A DNA stretch of 64,000 nt, taken from positions 35,650,001 through 35,714,000 of the forward strand of contig CM060732.1 in NCBI GenBank assembly GCA_030704615.1. Direction: 5' to 3'. This document shows, piece after piece, positions 49,330 through 62,472 of the stretch. A model generated the notes under the pieces. It worked only from the letters and a program-made list of their open reading frames with translations, was not told where the DNA came from and did not search any database. The translations under genes and the position numbers were made by a program. The DNA is from Takakia lepidozioides. Its lineage: Eukaryota > Plantae > Bryophyta. The stretch's first letter is position 1; every line of letters begins with the position of its first letter.

Positions 49330-50737
49330 TGTCACGGACATAGCCAATAAGAACTTACCGAGAGTAACTTCGGAAGTTACCGAGTTACCGGGAGTATACC
49401 AAATTACCGAGAGTAACTTGGGAAACTGCTCATGAAGCTTCCTTTGGAGGAAACTTCTCCATCAAGATACTCCTTTATTTAAGGAAACTTCTCCATCAAG
49501 AAACCTCCATTGGGGAAGCTTCTTAGAAAACTTCCTAGTAGCTAGTATATATAGAAGGCTCGTAAGAAAGAAATTTAACGCTCGTAAGAAAGAAATTCTC
49601 GACCCCTGTTGAAGTCATCGATGGACGACTGTTAGCATCATGAAACATTGACCGTGAAACTCGACCCCTTGAAGTGAAGCTTAAAAATCAAGCATCACAG
49701 ATTGTTTTCAACGTCATCCACTCTCCAACGAATCTTGTGATCCTTGGACTTCCCTGGTTTGTACTTCATAATACTGACATCGACTGGCGATCACAAAAAA
49801 TTTCGGCAAGACAAAAATGCAAAAGTACCAAGGATATTCAACCCCTGTTTCTTGGAGCTATAGCCTTCATGAGAGCTACAAAGAAAGACACGACATTTGC
49901 ACTTTATGCGACTCCGATCAAGACCATAACAGACCAATGTACTTCGACATTACCCACTCAATATCAAAATTTCAATGATGTCTTCGAGAGGAAAAATGCA
50001 GACATGTTGCCAGAACATCGACCTTATGATTGTGCAATTGAGTTGCAAGAAGGAGCCCAACCACCATTCGGCCCAATCTACAATTTATCTAAGACGGAGT
50101 TGGCTACTTTTAGCGAATACATTGATGAAAATTTGTCGAGGAATTTCATTCGACATTCGAAATCACCCACGGGAGCACCTATCATATTTGTGAAGAAGAA
50201 AGACGGATCGTTACGCATGTGTGTGGACTATCGTGGGCTCAACAAAGTCACTATAAAAAATCGTTACCCACTACCGCTGATTTCCGGACTCCTCGAACAA
50301 CTTGGACGAACAATTTTTTTTCACAAAGATTGACTTGAGCGGAGCCTACAACCTGGTACGAATAAAAGAATGAGACGAATGGAAGACTGTTTTTTGCACA
50401 AGGTACGGACATTTCAAATACAGTGTTATGTCTTTCGGTCTTATAAATGTTCCAGCAAATTTCCAACACATGATGAATGATATCTTTCGAGAATTTTTAG
50501 ATGACTTTGTAGTCATCTATTTGGACGACATTTTGATATTTTCACAGAACGAAGAAGAACATGGTCGTCATGTACGCCTTGTCCTTGATAAATAGAGGAA
50601 AATAGGACTAAATGTCAAGTTGGAAAAATGTCTTTTCCATCAATCTGAAGTCGAAATTTTGGGCTACATCATTTCCGACAAATGAGTCTTTATGGATCAA
50701 AAGAAAATACAAACCATCATCGAGTGGATTAAATCAA
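49330..50737 (+). mobile_element. Degenerate Gypsy (Tf2/Tcn1-like): LTR remnant and PR-RT fragment
   Basis: TGTCACGG start; [46 protein letters not shown]. Confidence 0.85.
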
Positions 50738-53700
50738 TGTCGTGCGCATACATGTCGCTACACAACTACATCGCTGTCCAAAACCACACAACACATGTGC
50801 ACACCACACACTAGTATACCACTAGTCCACCACTAATCCAGCCACTAGGCTACAACTAGTCAGTTACTAGGCTGCCACTATGCTACCCACTATGGCAGTC
50901 ACTAGTCCACACAATGATAAAGAAGAAGAATACAAGCACGAGCTCACAAATCTGAAGCATAAACTCATGCATATATAACCTCATCATTCAAATACAAGTC
51001 AAGCTAAGTGCACCCCACGCCATGGGGAATCCACACTACGGCGCCATAGCTAGGCGCCGTGAGGCTCAACTCGAGAAAGATGAGCCTCCCGCGCTTGCCG
51101 TGAAGATAACCACTCCAGGGCCTAAATCTGCATTGACCCCTGGATTGACACTTGGGCCAATCCCAAATGTCAATATGTAAAAGCTAGCTATTTCCTAGCT
51201 AGTTTCACACTAGTGGTAAAATAACTTGACAGCTGTCGTGCGCATACATATCGCTACACAACTACATCGCTGTCCAAAACCACACAATACATGTGCACAC
51301 CACACATTAGTATACCACTAGTCCAACCACTAGCCCAACCACTAGGCTACAACTAGTCAGTCACTAGGCTGCCACTATGCTGCCCACTATGGCAGTCACT
51401 AGTCCACACAATCACCCCCCTAGCTGGTGCTTAGGCCCCTCTAAGTCCAGGTAGCCACAAGATGTGATAGTGACCATAGCCTCACTAAGTTCTCCACCAC
51501 TATCCCTACTACACTCAAACTCGATAGATCAAGAGGCCGGGTGCAAGAGTTGCCCCATCGTTAGTCGCCGTATTGCAACCTATGAACTTGAGTTTGGGAT
51601 CTCATGTATTGACTCATATGAGCTTGGCCTCCCAAGTCTTGTTAGCTGCCTCCAGTCATGTCCACTGCCACTATCCCAAGCAGTGTGGACACAACCAATC
51701 TCCGTCAGGAACCTTCTCAGAGGTGGTGTCAAGCATCCCATATACCAACCCCTTGAGCATCGATCACACACCAGTATGGTGGCTGCCCCTTTGGCAGATC
51801 CACAGAGCATGCACCTCAAACCTGCAGGTACCACTGCCAAGTTTGGATCAACTCTGCCATCAACATTGGGAAGGTGACATGGCGCACAATTACGCACATG
51901 GTCCTTCCAAGTCATGCCATCCCGACCCTCCAAGATCAGGACCCCTGAGGGCAACACCTCTCGAACCCTCAGAATAACACGCCCTGCAGTAACATCCAGA
52001 GTCGTAGGAGCAGTCTGATGCAAATAAACGTAGTCACCAGGGCTAAACCTCCGAACCCCAGGACGATATACTCCACCACGTATAGTGGCATACCTCAATG
52101 TATCACGGTGTTGTGCAATGGCAAGGTTCTCAAAAGCCATGGGCATGACTTTCTTGAACAACTCTGCACGCTGATCACATGCACGTACCCACACGTCCGG
52201 ATTGTCAAGGTTAAGGACTTGAGCAGTGTCCCTACGAATGGCTGCAGACAAATCCGGCTCTCGGCCAAAGAGAATGAAATATGGTGAGAAGGAGGCAAGT
52301 GATGCTTGTTTGTTGAACCTGTAGCCCATGGCTAACCAAGGAACCTGAAGATCCCAATCTCCTAGGTGTCCCTTCTGCAATCCATACTTGCGCAAACCCC
52401 TCTTCACCGTCTGAACAACTCTCTCTGTTAAGCCATCGGCCTCAGGATGATCCCGAGAAGTGGTGCGGTGGTCTATCAAGGCTTTATCACACAAAGCCTG
52501 AAACTCCCCCAAGAACTCTCTCCCTTGGTCCGTGAGTACCTCAGCTGGAGCACCAAATCGGCTAAGCACACGATCCAAGAATGCATACGCAGCCCCCTCA
52601 CTAGCCTTGTCAGGCAATGGAACCAACTTAATCCACTTGGAGAAGTGCTCCACCATCACCAACACATATTTGTGGTGGCGCATAGTCAGTGGCAACGGTC
52701 TTGCGAAGTCAAGACTCCACCTGTAGCCCAATCCCATGATTGGTAAAGGATGCAATTGTGGTGTAGGGGTGTTGAATGAAGCACGCACCCTGTCACACAC
52801 CATGCACCTAGCCACGAACTGTTGCACCTCTGTATGCATACCACGCCACCAGTACTGCCCTTGCAGTAAACTGTGAGTGCGTCGCACTCCAAAATGCCCC
52901 AACTCCTCATGGGCATGCCGTACTAACCGTGCACGCTGTGTGGGGTGAGGCACAATCCTCACCCGACCATCCTCCCACACTCGAAGTAGGTGTATCCCCT
53001 CCCACTTGAACCTCTTGGCTCGTTGCAGGATCCGATCCCTCTCCCTGGCAGTCACAGTGGCTGCCGTGTCTCCCGTGCGGAGGTAGTTCAACACAGCCGA
53101 ATCCTCATGTATATCTCTGGCACCACTTGACTCATCACTAGCCTCAGGGTCCTCAGACACTCCGTCTACAGTCATCCCTGTTGTAGGTCCAACCTGACCT
53201 CCCGATGCCAAGATACACAAAAATGCAGATACGTGTCATCCCGGCACCATCTCCTCGTCCGTCTCACCATGCCACCGAGCTCCAGTGTCATCCTGCTAGC
53301 TCATGCATGGATTGCGACTCAATCCATCCGCATCCCGATTGACCAAACCCGGTCGATGCACAACCTGAAAGTCATACTCCTGGAGTATGAGTGCCCACCG
53401 TGCAAGCTTCCCCGTAAGCTTGTCTGACTCCATCAACCACTTGAGTGGCTGGTGATCCGTGACAAGGGTGAAAAGATTGTCGTATAGATAGCACCTGAAG
53501 TGTGCCACAGCCCACACTGCAGCTAAGCACTCTCCCTCATATGAGTTGTACTTAGCATCTGCAGCGTTGTTCGAGCGGCTAGCATAAGCCACTACGAACT
53601 TTCTTCCCTCATCATCCACTTGTGTGAGCACCGCTCCAAGCCCCAGCATGCTCCAATCCGTATGTAGCTGAAAAGGGACGCCCCCTGATAGGTCGTCTCA

Positions 53701-54417
53701 GGATAGGCGCCGAGGTCAACCTCGCCTTGAGCTCTTGAAAAGCTCGTTCCTGCTCATCTTCCCACTGCCACTCCTGGTCCACCTTGGTCAGCTTGGTTAG
53801 AGCCTTTGCAATGGTACTAAATCCCTTGACAAACCGTCTATAATAGTTTGCCAACCCCATGAAAGCTCGAACTCGGCTCACATCCGTGGGGCGTGGAATT
53901 TGTGCAATGGCCTCTACCTTAGTCTGCTGTACCCCCAAACCTCCAGGATATATCATGTGACCCAGATACTCAATCTGGTTGTGGAAAAACTTGCACTTCC
54001 CCGGATGCAACTTCAATCCATGCGCTCTCAAGCGCTCCAATACCACCTAAAGGTATCTCTCATGCTCGTCCATCGTAACACTAAAGATGATGATGTCATC
54101 TATGTAGCACCGAGCAAAGTCCACCCCTGTTAGAATCCTATCCATGACTCTCTGAAACTCTACAGGAGCATTCTTAAGCCCAAATGGTAAGAACCGCCAC
54201 TGATATAGGCAATCCTTGCCGTGCTCATTGATCCCCCAGAATGTCGTCTTCTGCTTGTTCGCCTCCTTGATTGGCAACTGGTGATATCCGGATCGTAAAT
54301 CCAAAGTGCTAAAGACCTTAGCATGCCCGATGGTATCAAAGATCTCCTCTGGTGTTGGCATGGCATACTTATCGGACTTGGTCTGATGATTTACAGGCCG
54401 GTAATCACCGCACATAC
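50738..54417 (-). mobile_element. Second, diverged member of the split-repeat PHD Gypsy family (3' part only: RT-RH-INT-PHD, then A'-B'-A')
   Basis: A' at 50738-50913 and 51234-51410, B' at 50915-51231; pol is collinear with 807-3550. Confidence 0.92.
51580..54415 (-). pseudogene. pol fragment RT-RH-INT-PHD of the second element
   Basis: ORFs 54047, 53612, 53296 and 51580 carry the same motifs as element 1. Confidence 0.92.
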
Positions 54418-55295
54418 TGTCGCGCGGCTTTTACTCACCCATCCCTTCGCTATTCGAGGCGGAAACTCCAAGATTGAAGAGTTGGAAATCTCTAAGTACT
54501 CAGCAATCAGTCATGACCTACAGCTAGTGTATCATGGGGGTGTTTCCTATTTGTTTCCCTTTTGGTATTCATGTTAACTATCTTACCATTGATAATTAAG
54601 TATCAGTTTGCTTTATCAATCTATTGGATTCCATCAACTCATCCATTCATTCCACAGCTTCACTCAGATCTCTCTACACAGTGTGATTGTATCGTAAAAG
54701 TATCCGATTATGATTTATCAGGTATCAGGGCGAAGCCATTGTGTCTCTAATCTACTCTACAATATCATTACAGCCTTGCATATATCAAGCATCTACTCAT
54801 CATCTCTCTATCTTCACTTCCGTTCTTCATCTCTGCCCGATCCCCTCTCCTCTATCCCAAGAAGTCCTCCTCCGAATGATGATCTCTCAATTCCCCGTTT
54901 CTCCCTTTATCTTCCTATCCGCGGTTCTAACCGTTTCCCTCACTAACCGTCGTCTGTGAACTAACAGGTTCCCTTCGCAGGTGTTGTTCCCCACAGTCGT
55001 TCCCTGTCCTACTCTTCGTTCCCTATGATCGTGACAGCTGTGTCAAGCTGTGACTGGCTGTGTGGCTGTGCCGGGCTGTGTCGGTTGTGTCGGTTGTGTC
55101 TGCTGTGACGACTGTAACGGGCTGTGTTGGCTGTGTTGGCTGTGTCGGCTGTGACGACTGTGACGGGCTGTGTAACCCCCCTCTACAGTGCGCTGCTGTC
55201 ACCCCTAAGGCTCCTGTTGGTCTCAGTCTGTGCAAAAATTAAGGGTACCCTACAGATCCCGTATAAGTGTCTAAGTCCCCGACAGTCCTCTAACA
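54418..55295 (-). mobile_element. 3' LTR (878 bp) of an unrelated LTR element inserted in the RT of element 2
   Basis: TG..CA ends, abrupt break in RT, strong PPT at about 55298-55312; 9-mer repeats at 55030-55170. Confidence 0.75.
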
Positions 55296-55334
55296 TTACC
55301 CCTTCCCCCCCTCAAAAAGCCGTGTCCTCACGGT

Positions 55335-57089
55335 TTACTGATTTCGACTAGCAAACCTTTGTGAGTGAGCACCTTCTTGACGTTGAGAGTTTCGTGGCGG
55401 ACTGTGTGTACGAGCCCGAGGTCTGTCTCTGGTTGACGTAGATGGTTGATCACTACCTGGATAAGTGAGGCCCTCTAGAGGCTGATATCGAGGTAACCTT
55501 TCCGGCATAGGAGACCCCCGTCGCTTCTTCTCTGCCATCTGAATTGCATAGTCTTCTCCCATGTCAAAAGAATTCTGTGAAGAAACAGTTGTATCAGAAT
55601 CCTCATCGCCTCTCAGGTGTTTTAATTTTCGAACTTTTTGTGGAATCATCTGGGGCATACAATGCTGTCCTACCATGTCTGGAAGTTTGTATTTTACAAC
55701 TTGGTGTAACCGCTGAACAGCAAAATTGGTGTAGACACTGAGCTCCTTGTCTGTCCAGGTGAGTGGGGTACCAATTACTGGTGCAGCGTGCAAGTATTTC
55801 CATGCCACATGTCCCTTATAGAAAATGTCATCAATGCCGAATTTCTGTGTTGACAAATGGTTGCAGGCTGCTTGAAACCATGAACGAATTTGAGAATCCT
55901 TTTGCATCATAACTTTTGGGTCATATAGGTACATATGAGGTGGCACCGAAGGTAATACCCAATGATCTCCACTGGAATAACTCAGAAAGCGTGTTTGCAT
56001 CTTTTGTTGCTCAATGTGGTAACGTACCAGAAAACAAGCAGCGTAGTATAACCCGCACCCCATGACAATACTTGCTATCTCCTTGGTCTTGGTATAAATG
56101 AGTCCATGTACAACCTGGAAAGCAATCAATTCCCTCAACATGGTACCTGCTTCGTGCCAGTATTGTGCAAAGTGATGATCTTCAATATGTCGATTGTTCG
56201 GAAGAACTTTAGTCCTAGTTGCCACTGGCAGCCATATACGCATGATTTGGTAGTAATGTGCGAATGACTGCGGAGGACTAAATTCTTTCCAAGCCAAATC
56301 CAACATGATGGGAATTTGGTTGAAGGGCATAATCATAGCCCTACTGTACTCCCTGGCAGCTGGAGTTTTAGGTGGGTTAAAAGCGGCATTGCCCCATACC
56401 TCCGGCTGTGGTGGCTGTGGTGTGGTTGTAGTAACCACAGGTTCAGCTACTGGTACAGTGACTTGTTGTGGTGGTGGTGGTACTGGCTCTTGTATCATTG
56501 GCATCTCCTGCACCTCCTGTGAAGACTGAAAAGCCAAAGTTCTGGCTTGTAAATAAGAAGCCATTAGCTGTTCCTGAGGGATATAGACTCTTTTGTCGAT
56601 GTTTGAAGTGAGGTCTTCCACTTGAGTCTGCAGTCCGTCTACATCCTCTTGTAACTCTGCTATCCTACTATAGACATTGTCTATAGTAGTTGTGGCAATG
56701 TTCTGCACCTGCAGCCTGAGCTCATTCATCTCGCTTTGGGTGAGCTTTCGTGGTGCTTTGCCCTCTACTGGCCCTTGTGCTAACCAGACCTGCATAAGGC
56801 TGTTATCCACCAAGTTGCTTGTGGTTCCCCTGAGAGTTTGCTCCTCTCTTAGCTTGTACAATTCCAACTGCTGTTGTAAAGCCTCCATGCGCTTCGCCTG
56901 AGGTTCAACCAATTGCGCATAAGCAACAAGTAGATTATTGGCTTCCTTCCAAGCCTTGTTATTGACTGCGATTTCATTTCTATTGGCCATGATGGTTTGT
57001 TGCAACTCCACAATGTGCTTCTCTTTATCAGCTTCAATCTGCCTGTATTGCTTGAAAGTATCTTCATTGCGACAGATTGTATTCTTCAT
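55335..57089 (-). CDS. 584-aa accessory ORF (coiled coil, Pro-rich linker, globular region) just upstream of the PPT
   Basis: Uninterrupted ORF in element sense orientation; no gag/pol motifs recognised. Confidence 0.7.
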   Translation of the reverse strand: MKNTICRNEDTFKQYRQIEADKEKHIVELQQTIMANRNEIAVNNKAWKEANNLLVAYAQLVEPQAKRMEALQQQLELYKLREEQTLRGTTSNLVDNSLMQVWLAQGPVEGKAPRKLTQSEMNELRLQVQNIATTTIDNVYSRIAELQEDVDGLQTQVEDLTSNIDKRVYIPQEQLMASYLQARTLAFQSSQEVQEMPMIQEPVPPPPQQVTVPVAEPVVTTTTPQPPQPEVWGNAAFNPPKTPAAREYSRAMIMPFNQIPIMLDLAWKEFSPPQSFAHYYQIMRIWLPVATRTKVLPNNRHIEDHHFAQYWHEAGTMLRELIAFQVVHGLIYTKTKEIASIVMGCGLYYAACFLVRYHIEQQKMQTRFLSYSSGDHWVLPSVPPHMYLYDPKVMMQKDSQIRSWFQAACNHLSTQKFGIDDIFYKGHVAWKYLHAAPVIGTPLTWTDKELSVYTNFAVQRLHQVVKYKLPDMVGQHCMPQMIPQKVRKLKHLRGDEDSDTTVSSQNSFDMGEDYAIQMAEKKRRGSPMPERLPRYQPLEGLTYPGSDQPSTSTRDRPRARTHSPPRNSQRQEGAHSQRFASRNQ

Positions 57090-57349
57090 ATCGACAATGG
57101 TTGTAGGGTATGTCTTCTTGTACTTACTGGAGCTGTTTGTCCCGTAGGTTATGTTTACTCCCGCAAGGTCCCCTAAATCCCCAACGTCCCGATCTTATCA
57201 GATGAACCATCACGAATCTTATGTGTCTTATATGTTAATTAATTACTTCATTGATATGATAATTACTACCATTGTGCATTTCCTTGCTTCTTGTTGCTCT
57301 GTTCTGGTCTGCCTTGCTATGCTTCACTGAATTGTTATTTGTGTCCACC

Positions 57350-58736
57350 AGAATTGATTGAAAATTCTGGAGTATGGTTCAATTCTATGCTGCGGCCTCA
57401 GCCTATCAAGCTCCCACAAAACTCTTGTGAGCTAACAGCATCATTGTTTCGTACGGATCACGGAAAGCTTCCTGTGTCCAAAATTACCTACTTGAGAGTC
57501 CAACACGAGTTGCCCCCTCAGGCATTGGACTTGATCATGGAGGCAAATGATTCAGCGCTCCCTCTGAGGCTATCAAATTTGTTGATTGCCGATGTTGAAA
57601 CTCCAGTATCAAAGAAGGACGTATCCATATTTGTGGGTTATTGTTTTAAGACGGTATTCTCTTTGTATGACCGGTACTGCCAGCCTGCTTTGAATGCCAA
57701 GCTTTTGCTCAATACTTCTGAAAAGAAGACAGGTACTTCTAACACCGAAACTATTGGAAAACAGCTGAGGCATGACATGCTTGGAATTGCCGGTGGATGC
57801 ACTTTTCTGGTTGGTGAGGACAAGCTGGCCGGCTTAGCTGCTGCTGAAGAGGATATTTTGAGAAAGATGAGGCCACTTAGTGCGACATTTATGGGGACAT
57901 TCAATTCATTCTCGCCTATACCGCAGCAGGCACAGACTTCCAATGGGTTTATATCAACAAGGATGGAAAGACGGCAGCTTGAATCAAGCCATGTCTTAAT
58001 GTCACGAAGCTTTATGACCGCCTCTTGTTGTTAGTCAGCCTTGGCAATGCCTATGAGATCATGAAGAAGATGGTGGAGTCAATCCCGGAAGTACCAGGCC
58101 GGCGGGCAATGTTTTCTGAAGAAGCATGTGGGGATAGGACGATATACTTTCTGCCGAGCAGTGTTCGGAAGGCAATAAGGAACTTCCCAAGGTATTGTAT
58201 TGAGAAAAGGCCCTGTTGAACTGATTCGGCAGGCCTACAATGTTGCACGAGGGGTCTATTCTCTTCCGCAGGTAATTTCAGATCCTGAAATGGATCGTAG
58301 AGGTACTTATAATATTGAGATCAGTCCGCTGGGCTACTCCCCGATGTTGAGGTCGGAGAACGATATGAAGTTGTTGGCTCGGGACGTGTTAAAGGCTTTG
58401 TCTGTCCTGCATGCGGTAAACCTCGTCCAAAGGGATATCCGGTTGCCCAATATTGTGCAGGTTTCAGCGGAGGGGTTCATGCTCATAGACCTTGAAACGG
58501 TAGCTGAATCTCCATTCAAATTGCCAGAAACATTTGAGCCTTTTGCTGATTGGAGCAAGGCCATGTTGGAGGACGGCCACTACACTCCCCAGTCAGATTT
58601 GTATCAGCTGGGAGTACTTCTGCAATCCCGACATAGCGGTACTGCTCAGAGGTTTATTAGCAGTCTTATGTCTAAGCAGTGGACTGCAGTGGAGGCATTG
58701 AAAGATGCTTGGTTATCTCCTGTACAAATTACATGA
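57350..58736 (+). pseudogene. Second Crinkler-like REase-kinase gene, frameshifted
   Basis: LRHD..FLVGEDK..FYGDIQFILAY (frame change), VQRDIRLPNIV, LIDLE, SDLYQLG. Confidence 0.7.
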
Positions 58737-60809
58737 AACTGTAGAGGCTGACTCCATTGGCTACACCTGAAGTTATTTGGTAAAATGCGGGAGGCTAAAA
58801 GAAAGCCTTTCTTATACAGGGAGAGTCCCTTGATCTGGCAGCTCGCTGGTTATCTCATTTCCCCCCTGAATTCTGTATTGTAAGTCCTAGTACTCGATAA
58901 ATACTTTGATAAATGTAGCCGAGCCCTCGGGAGTTGTCAATTTGCATTAGTATCCAACTTTTGAAAAGTGGTGGTGAAGCTGTATATATTATAAAACTTT
59001 TGATCCAGACAAAATTGGTGTAGAGAGATTTTGGGTTTTCTCGTCGCATCACCAGCAGTGAAGATGGCAAGAGAGAGCGTGCACAGCTGAAAGCCGTGTT
59101 GGGACAGTTTTCTGGTTTTCCTTGGTCCCGTTTTAATGGAGACAAAACCGGCCAGCTTTCTGACAGGGGGGCAATGAGGCACTCTAGAAAGGCGCACTCT
59201 GATTGAGTCATGTCTAGTCTGCTGAGTATTGCTACAAAGAACTGAGCTGTATGATCCGCGATGGTCTTGTATAGGTAGGATTTTATTTCTGGTAATTGCA
59301 TACACTGATACATTCGTATTTGGTAAACTGTACGGTGACAGTTCAGTACGTGTAAGAGATATACACAAAGATCTTTAACCCTTGAGTGCCCTGAGCTGTT
59401 TTGGAGAAACCGAAGTTTCTCAGAGCCACTTTGGGTAGAGTCACTTTAGGTTGAGCAGTTTCTGTGGAAAAATTGACTATTATTAGGATTAGACTAACCA
59501 GGAAGCTAGCATTGACTACAGTATTGTATGTTTGTAACAGATTCCCCTTTCCCTGTTTCAGTCAATTGTACACAACTAGGATGTCACTGGCTACTTTCTG
59601 ACTACCAAGCTCCTACTTGGAGTCGTCATATTTAGAGTAGAATATCATCTCCGCCAACTCCTGCAGACACGAACAAGAGAACTGTATCTGTTTGCCAGAA
59701 ATTATGGGTGGCTCTCCTGCTTCCACTGCATGCTTTTCCAGCTCCTCAAACCCGACTTTCCCATCCTGCAAAGCAAACCAGATCAATATGAGAATATGTT
59801 TATCACGATCGCCCCTACAGCCCTTGCGTATAGGAGGCCATCTACTCCTGGGTTAGGAGGCACGGAAATAGGGTCATGTGAAGTTGGAATGTGGCACGAG
59901 TGGACTCGTCATAGCAATGAAATGCAACATTTTATTGCAAATTTTGTGGCAAGCCACATCTATACAAGTTTGTCTTAACTGTCATAGCCGGAATGGGCAC
60001 TACTCTCCCACACCCTCCGAGGAACTTGCCCCACCTTCCTCCTCATCCCCCCCATCCTCCGAGCTATGAGATGCATCAGTTCCACTATGCCTCTCAAAAA
60101 TTCCGTCATCTCCTTGGGGGACTGTCCACCTCACCTCCTAGGAATCTTCTGCCTCTTCTCCCCCACTTTCCTCAGCAGAATCCAAGACAAATCTACGAGC
60201 CTGACGGGCTCTAATAGCTGTTGCCTCCTCCCTCATCTTCATTTTCTTGAGGCTTGCCTCATCTAAAATCTGCTGTACACGACTAGGTTCGGAAGACCTC
60301 CTAATGGACATCGAAGCAAGTCGGGCAACATAAGTAGGAAGGATGTAGTCCCTTTCTGGACTAGGCATGAAATCCCCCCTGGCAAAAAAAGGCACGTTCC
60401 TCCTGCCCATGAACTGCGGTGTAGACGTCCCTCCTGCAGTACTTGGCATCTTGCAGTAAGAACAAATCCACTTTAAGAATGTCAATACCAGCAGAAGCAA
60501 AAAAAGGTCTTTCAATAAAATAAGAGAGCGAAGGGAGGTGCCTCACGAAATCAGGAGGCAACTTACAATGCGACCACTCACTCGTAAACCGGGGGCTCCT
60601 CGGCCTCGATCCCAACTTGTACCTCCCCCTGCTCCTTCTCGGATTCTTCCTCATCCTCCGAGGATGCCTCGTCCTCTTTCGGCAGACGTTCAGCCGCTGC
60701 AAGTTCGGAGTTGTGGAGGGCAGTATGCCCCCCGTACCTATCGCTGCCACTGCCCCCACCACAGGGGCAGCCCCTCCTGCGTCCCGACCCTCTGCCCTCA
60801 AGGCAAAGG

Positions 60810-61160
60810 GCCGCGACAAAGAGCACCTGGAGCACCTAAAAAGGGTGTTCCAGAAATTGCGGGAAGGGAAGCTGTATGCCAAAGCTTCAAAGTGCGAATT
60901 TGGGGTCACAAAAGTAGAGTTCCTAGGGCATGTGATTACACAGGATGGGATCAAAATGGATGACAGAAAGGTGAGGGCAATCTTGGACTGGGAGCCTCCG
61001 ACTTCGGTCCTGGGAGTGAGATCCTTCCTAGAGCTCGCCTCCTATTACCGAAAGTATGTGAGAAATTTTGCCAAGATCGCGGGGCCGCTGTCGGATCTTC
61101 TGTGTAAATCCAAGGTATGGGTATGGAACACCTTTTGTGGCCAAGCTTTTGTCTAGTAGT
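60810..61160 (+). mobile_element. Gypsy RT C-terminal fragment
   Basis: EHLEHLKRVFQKLRE..KCEF..FLGHVI..VRSFL..SYYRKYV. Confidence 0.85.
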
Positions 61161-61280
61161 GCCCAAGGCACTCATAGAGGCGGAGACGATCACTAGGTGG
61201 AGCCCCGCACACCGGGTTGCGGTGGGGGTGGCTCCACAAAGGGTGGTGGTAGCTTAGCAGGACTTAGTGGGGGTGGCATA

Positions 61281-61770
61281 TGACTCACCATGGGGCGGAG
61301 ACCTTGTGGTGGGAGTCGTGGGGAGTCTTGGGACTCATCACGGTCCAATGGGACCGTGGTGGGTGGGCCAAGACTCACCGCGACTCATCACCGGGAATCG
61401 AGGGTCTTCGTGGTGGTTCGCCATAAAATGGCGTGGTTGTTTGTGAAACCCCTGCGGATAGTCACAGAAGTATATATAGGGAGTAGTAACCCCGAGAACG
61501 GTGCAAGCCTGTTGGTGACCAAAAACTAGTGAGTAAGCGTGCGAGCCGGAAAGCGACCAAGAAGTGGGGAGCTATTCCGGACTGCCATCTACCAAAGGGA
61601 ATTTCCCAAATTGGTGGAGGGTCTTTTGGAAGAGTAAAGGGGGACCTTTATGTCCCGGTGAGCAGCCGAAACTCCGAGTTGGCCCGGCGGCCAGGTTGGG
61701 AGTTAGGCGCGCGTATCAAAGCGAGTAACTATGACTTGAAGGGGAACTTACTGAAGTGAGGTGCGCGACA
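61281..61770 (+). mobile_element. LTR (left boundary approximate)
   Basis: Ends GCGACA two bases before a PBS; TATATA near 61471; G-rich tract upstream. Confidence 0.6.
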
Positions 61771-61772
61771 CT

Positions 61773-61785
61773 TGGTATCAGAGCC
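61773..61785 (+). promoter_or_regulatory. tRNA-iMet primer binding site
   Basis: TGGTATCAGAGCC. Confidence 0.9.
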
Positions 61786-61825
61786 TACAGTTCAGTACGC
61801 GATCGTCCTTAGGATCGGCCTCATC

Positions 61826-62472
61826 ATGGGGTCGGGCAAGCCAAAGCGAAAGCGGAACGGCCCGAAAGATGATGATCTTAGTGAGCCCGATGGGGGCGAC
61901 GTGTCACCGAAGCGGCCATTTGAGGAAGCGATGCATGCTTTTGAAAACGAGGCCGCTCAAGAACGGGAGGAATCTGAGGAGTCAGAGCCCGAGGAATTCT
62001 AGAGAGCTCCGACAGACCAACAGATGCCTCCCACGCCAGCAGCATTTTGGGAAGGGTTGTTGGCGCAGTTTGGCGGGACGTTGAAAGACATGTTGAAGGC
62101 GGCTAATGCCACTTCCACTAAAGCAAAGTTAAAGGTGAAGCCTAAAGAACCCGACACCTTCGAGGGCGTCTGAAATCAGAAGGCACTCAACACCTGACTC
62201 TTGGAGCTAGAGCAGTACTTCCGGGCGGCCAAGTTGAGTGACAAGGATCGGGTGGAAGTGGCTCCCACCTATTTGAGGGGCTACGATCAACAATGGTGGC
62301 AGAAACGCCTTCACGACCGAGGTCCAAACCCGGAAACCTTGAACTGGAGTGGGTTCAAGGAACTAATGAAGAGACATTTTGTGCCCCTCAATGCGTCCTG
62401 GCTCGCTCGGGACAAGATGAGGAATCTGAAGCAAACGGATGACATTCGGGGATATGTTCAAGCTTTCAATGC
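61826..62472 (+). pseudogene. Gypsy gag, truncated with stops
   Basis: PKEPDTFEG, LEQYF, QWW, WSGFKELMKRHF, ARDKMRNLKQ..IRGYVQAF. Confidence 0.85.

Noticed and set aside
59960-60800. Minus-strand acidic coding-like fragment with a possible intron
   Set aside because: Interrupted by stops and with no identifiable domain; too weak to call.
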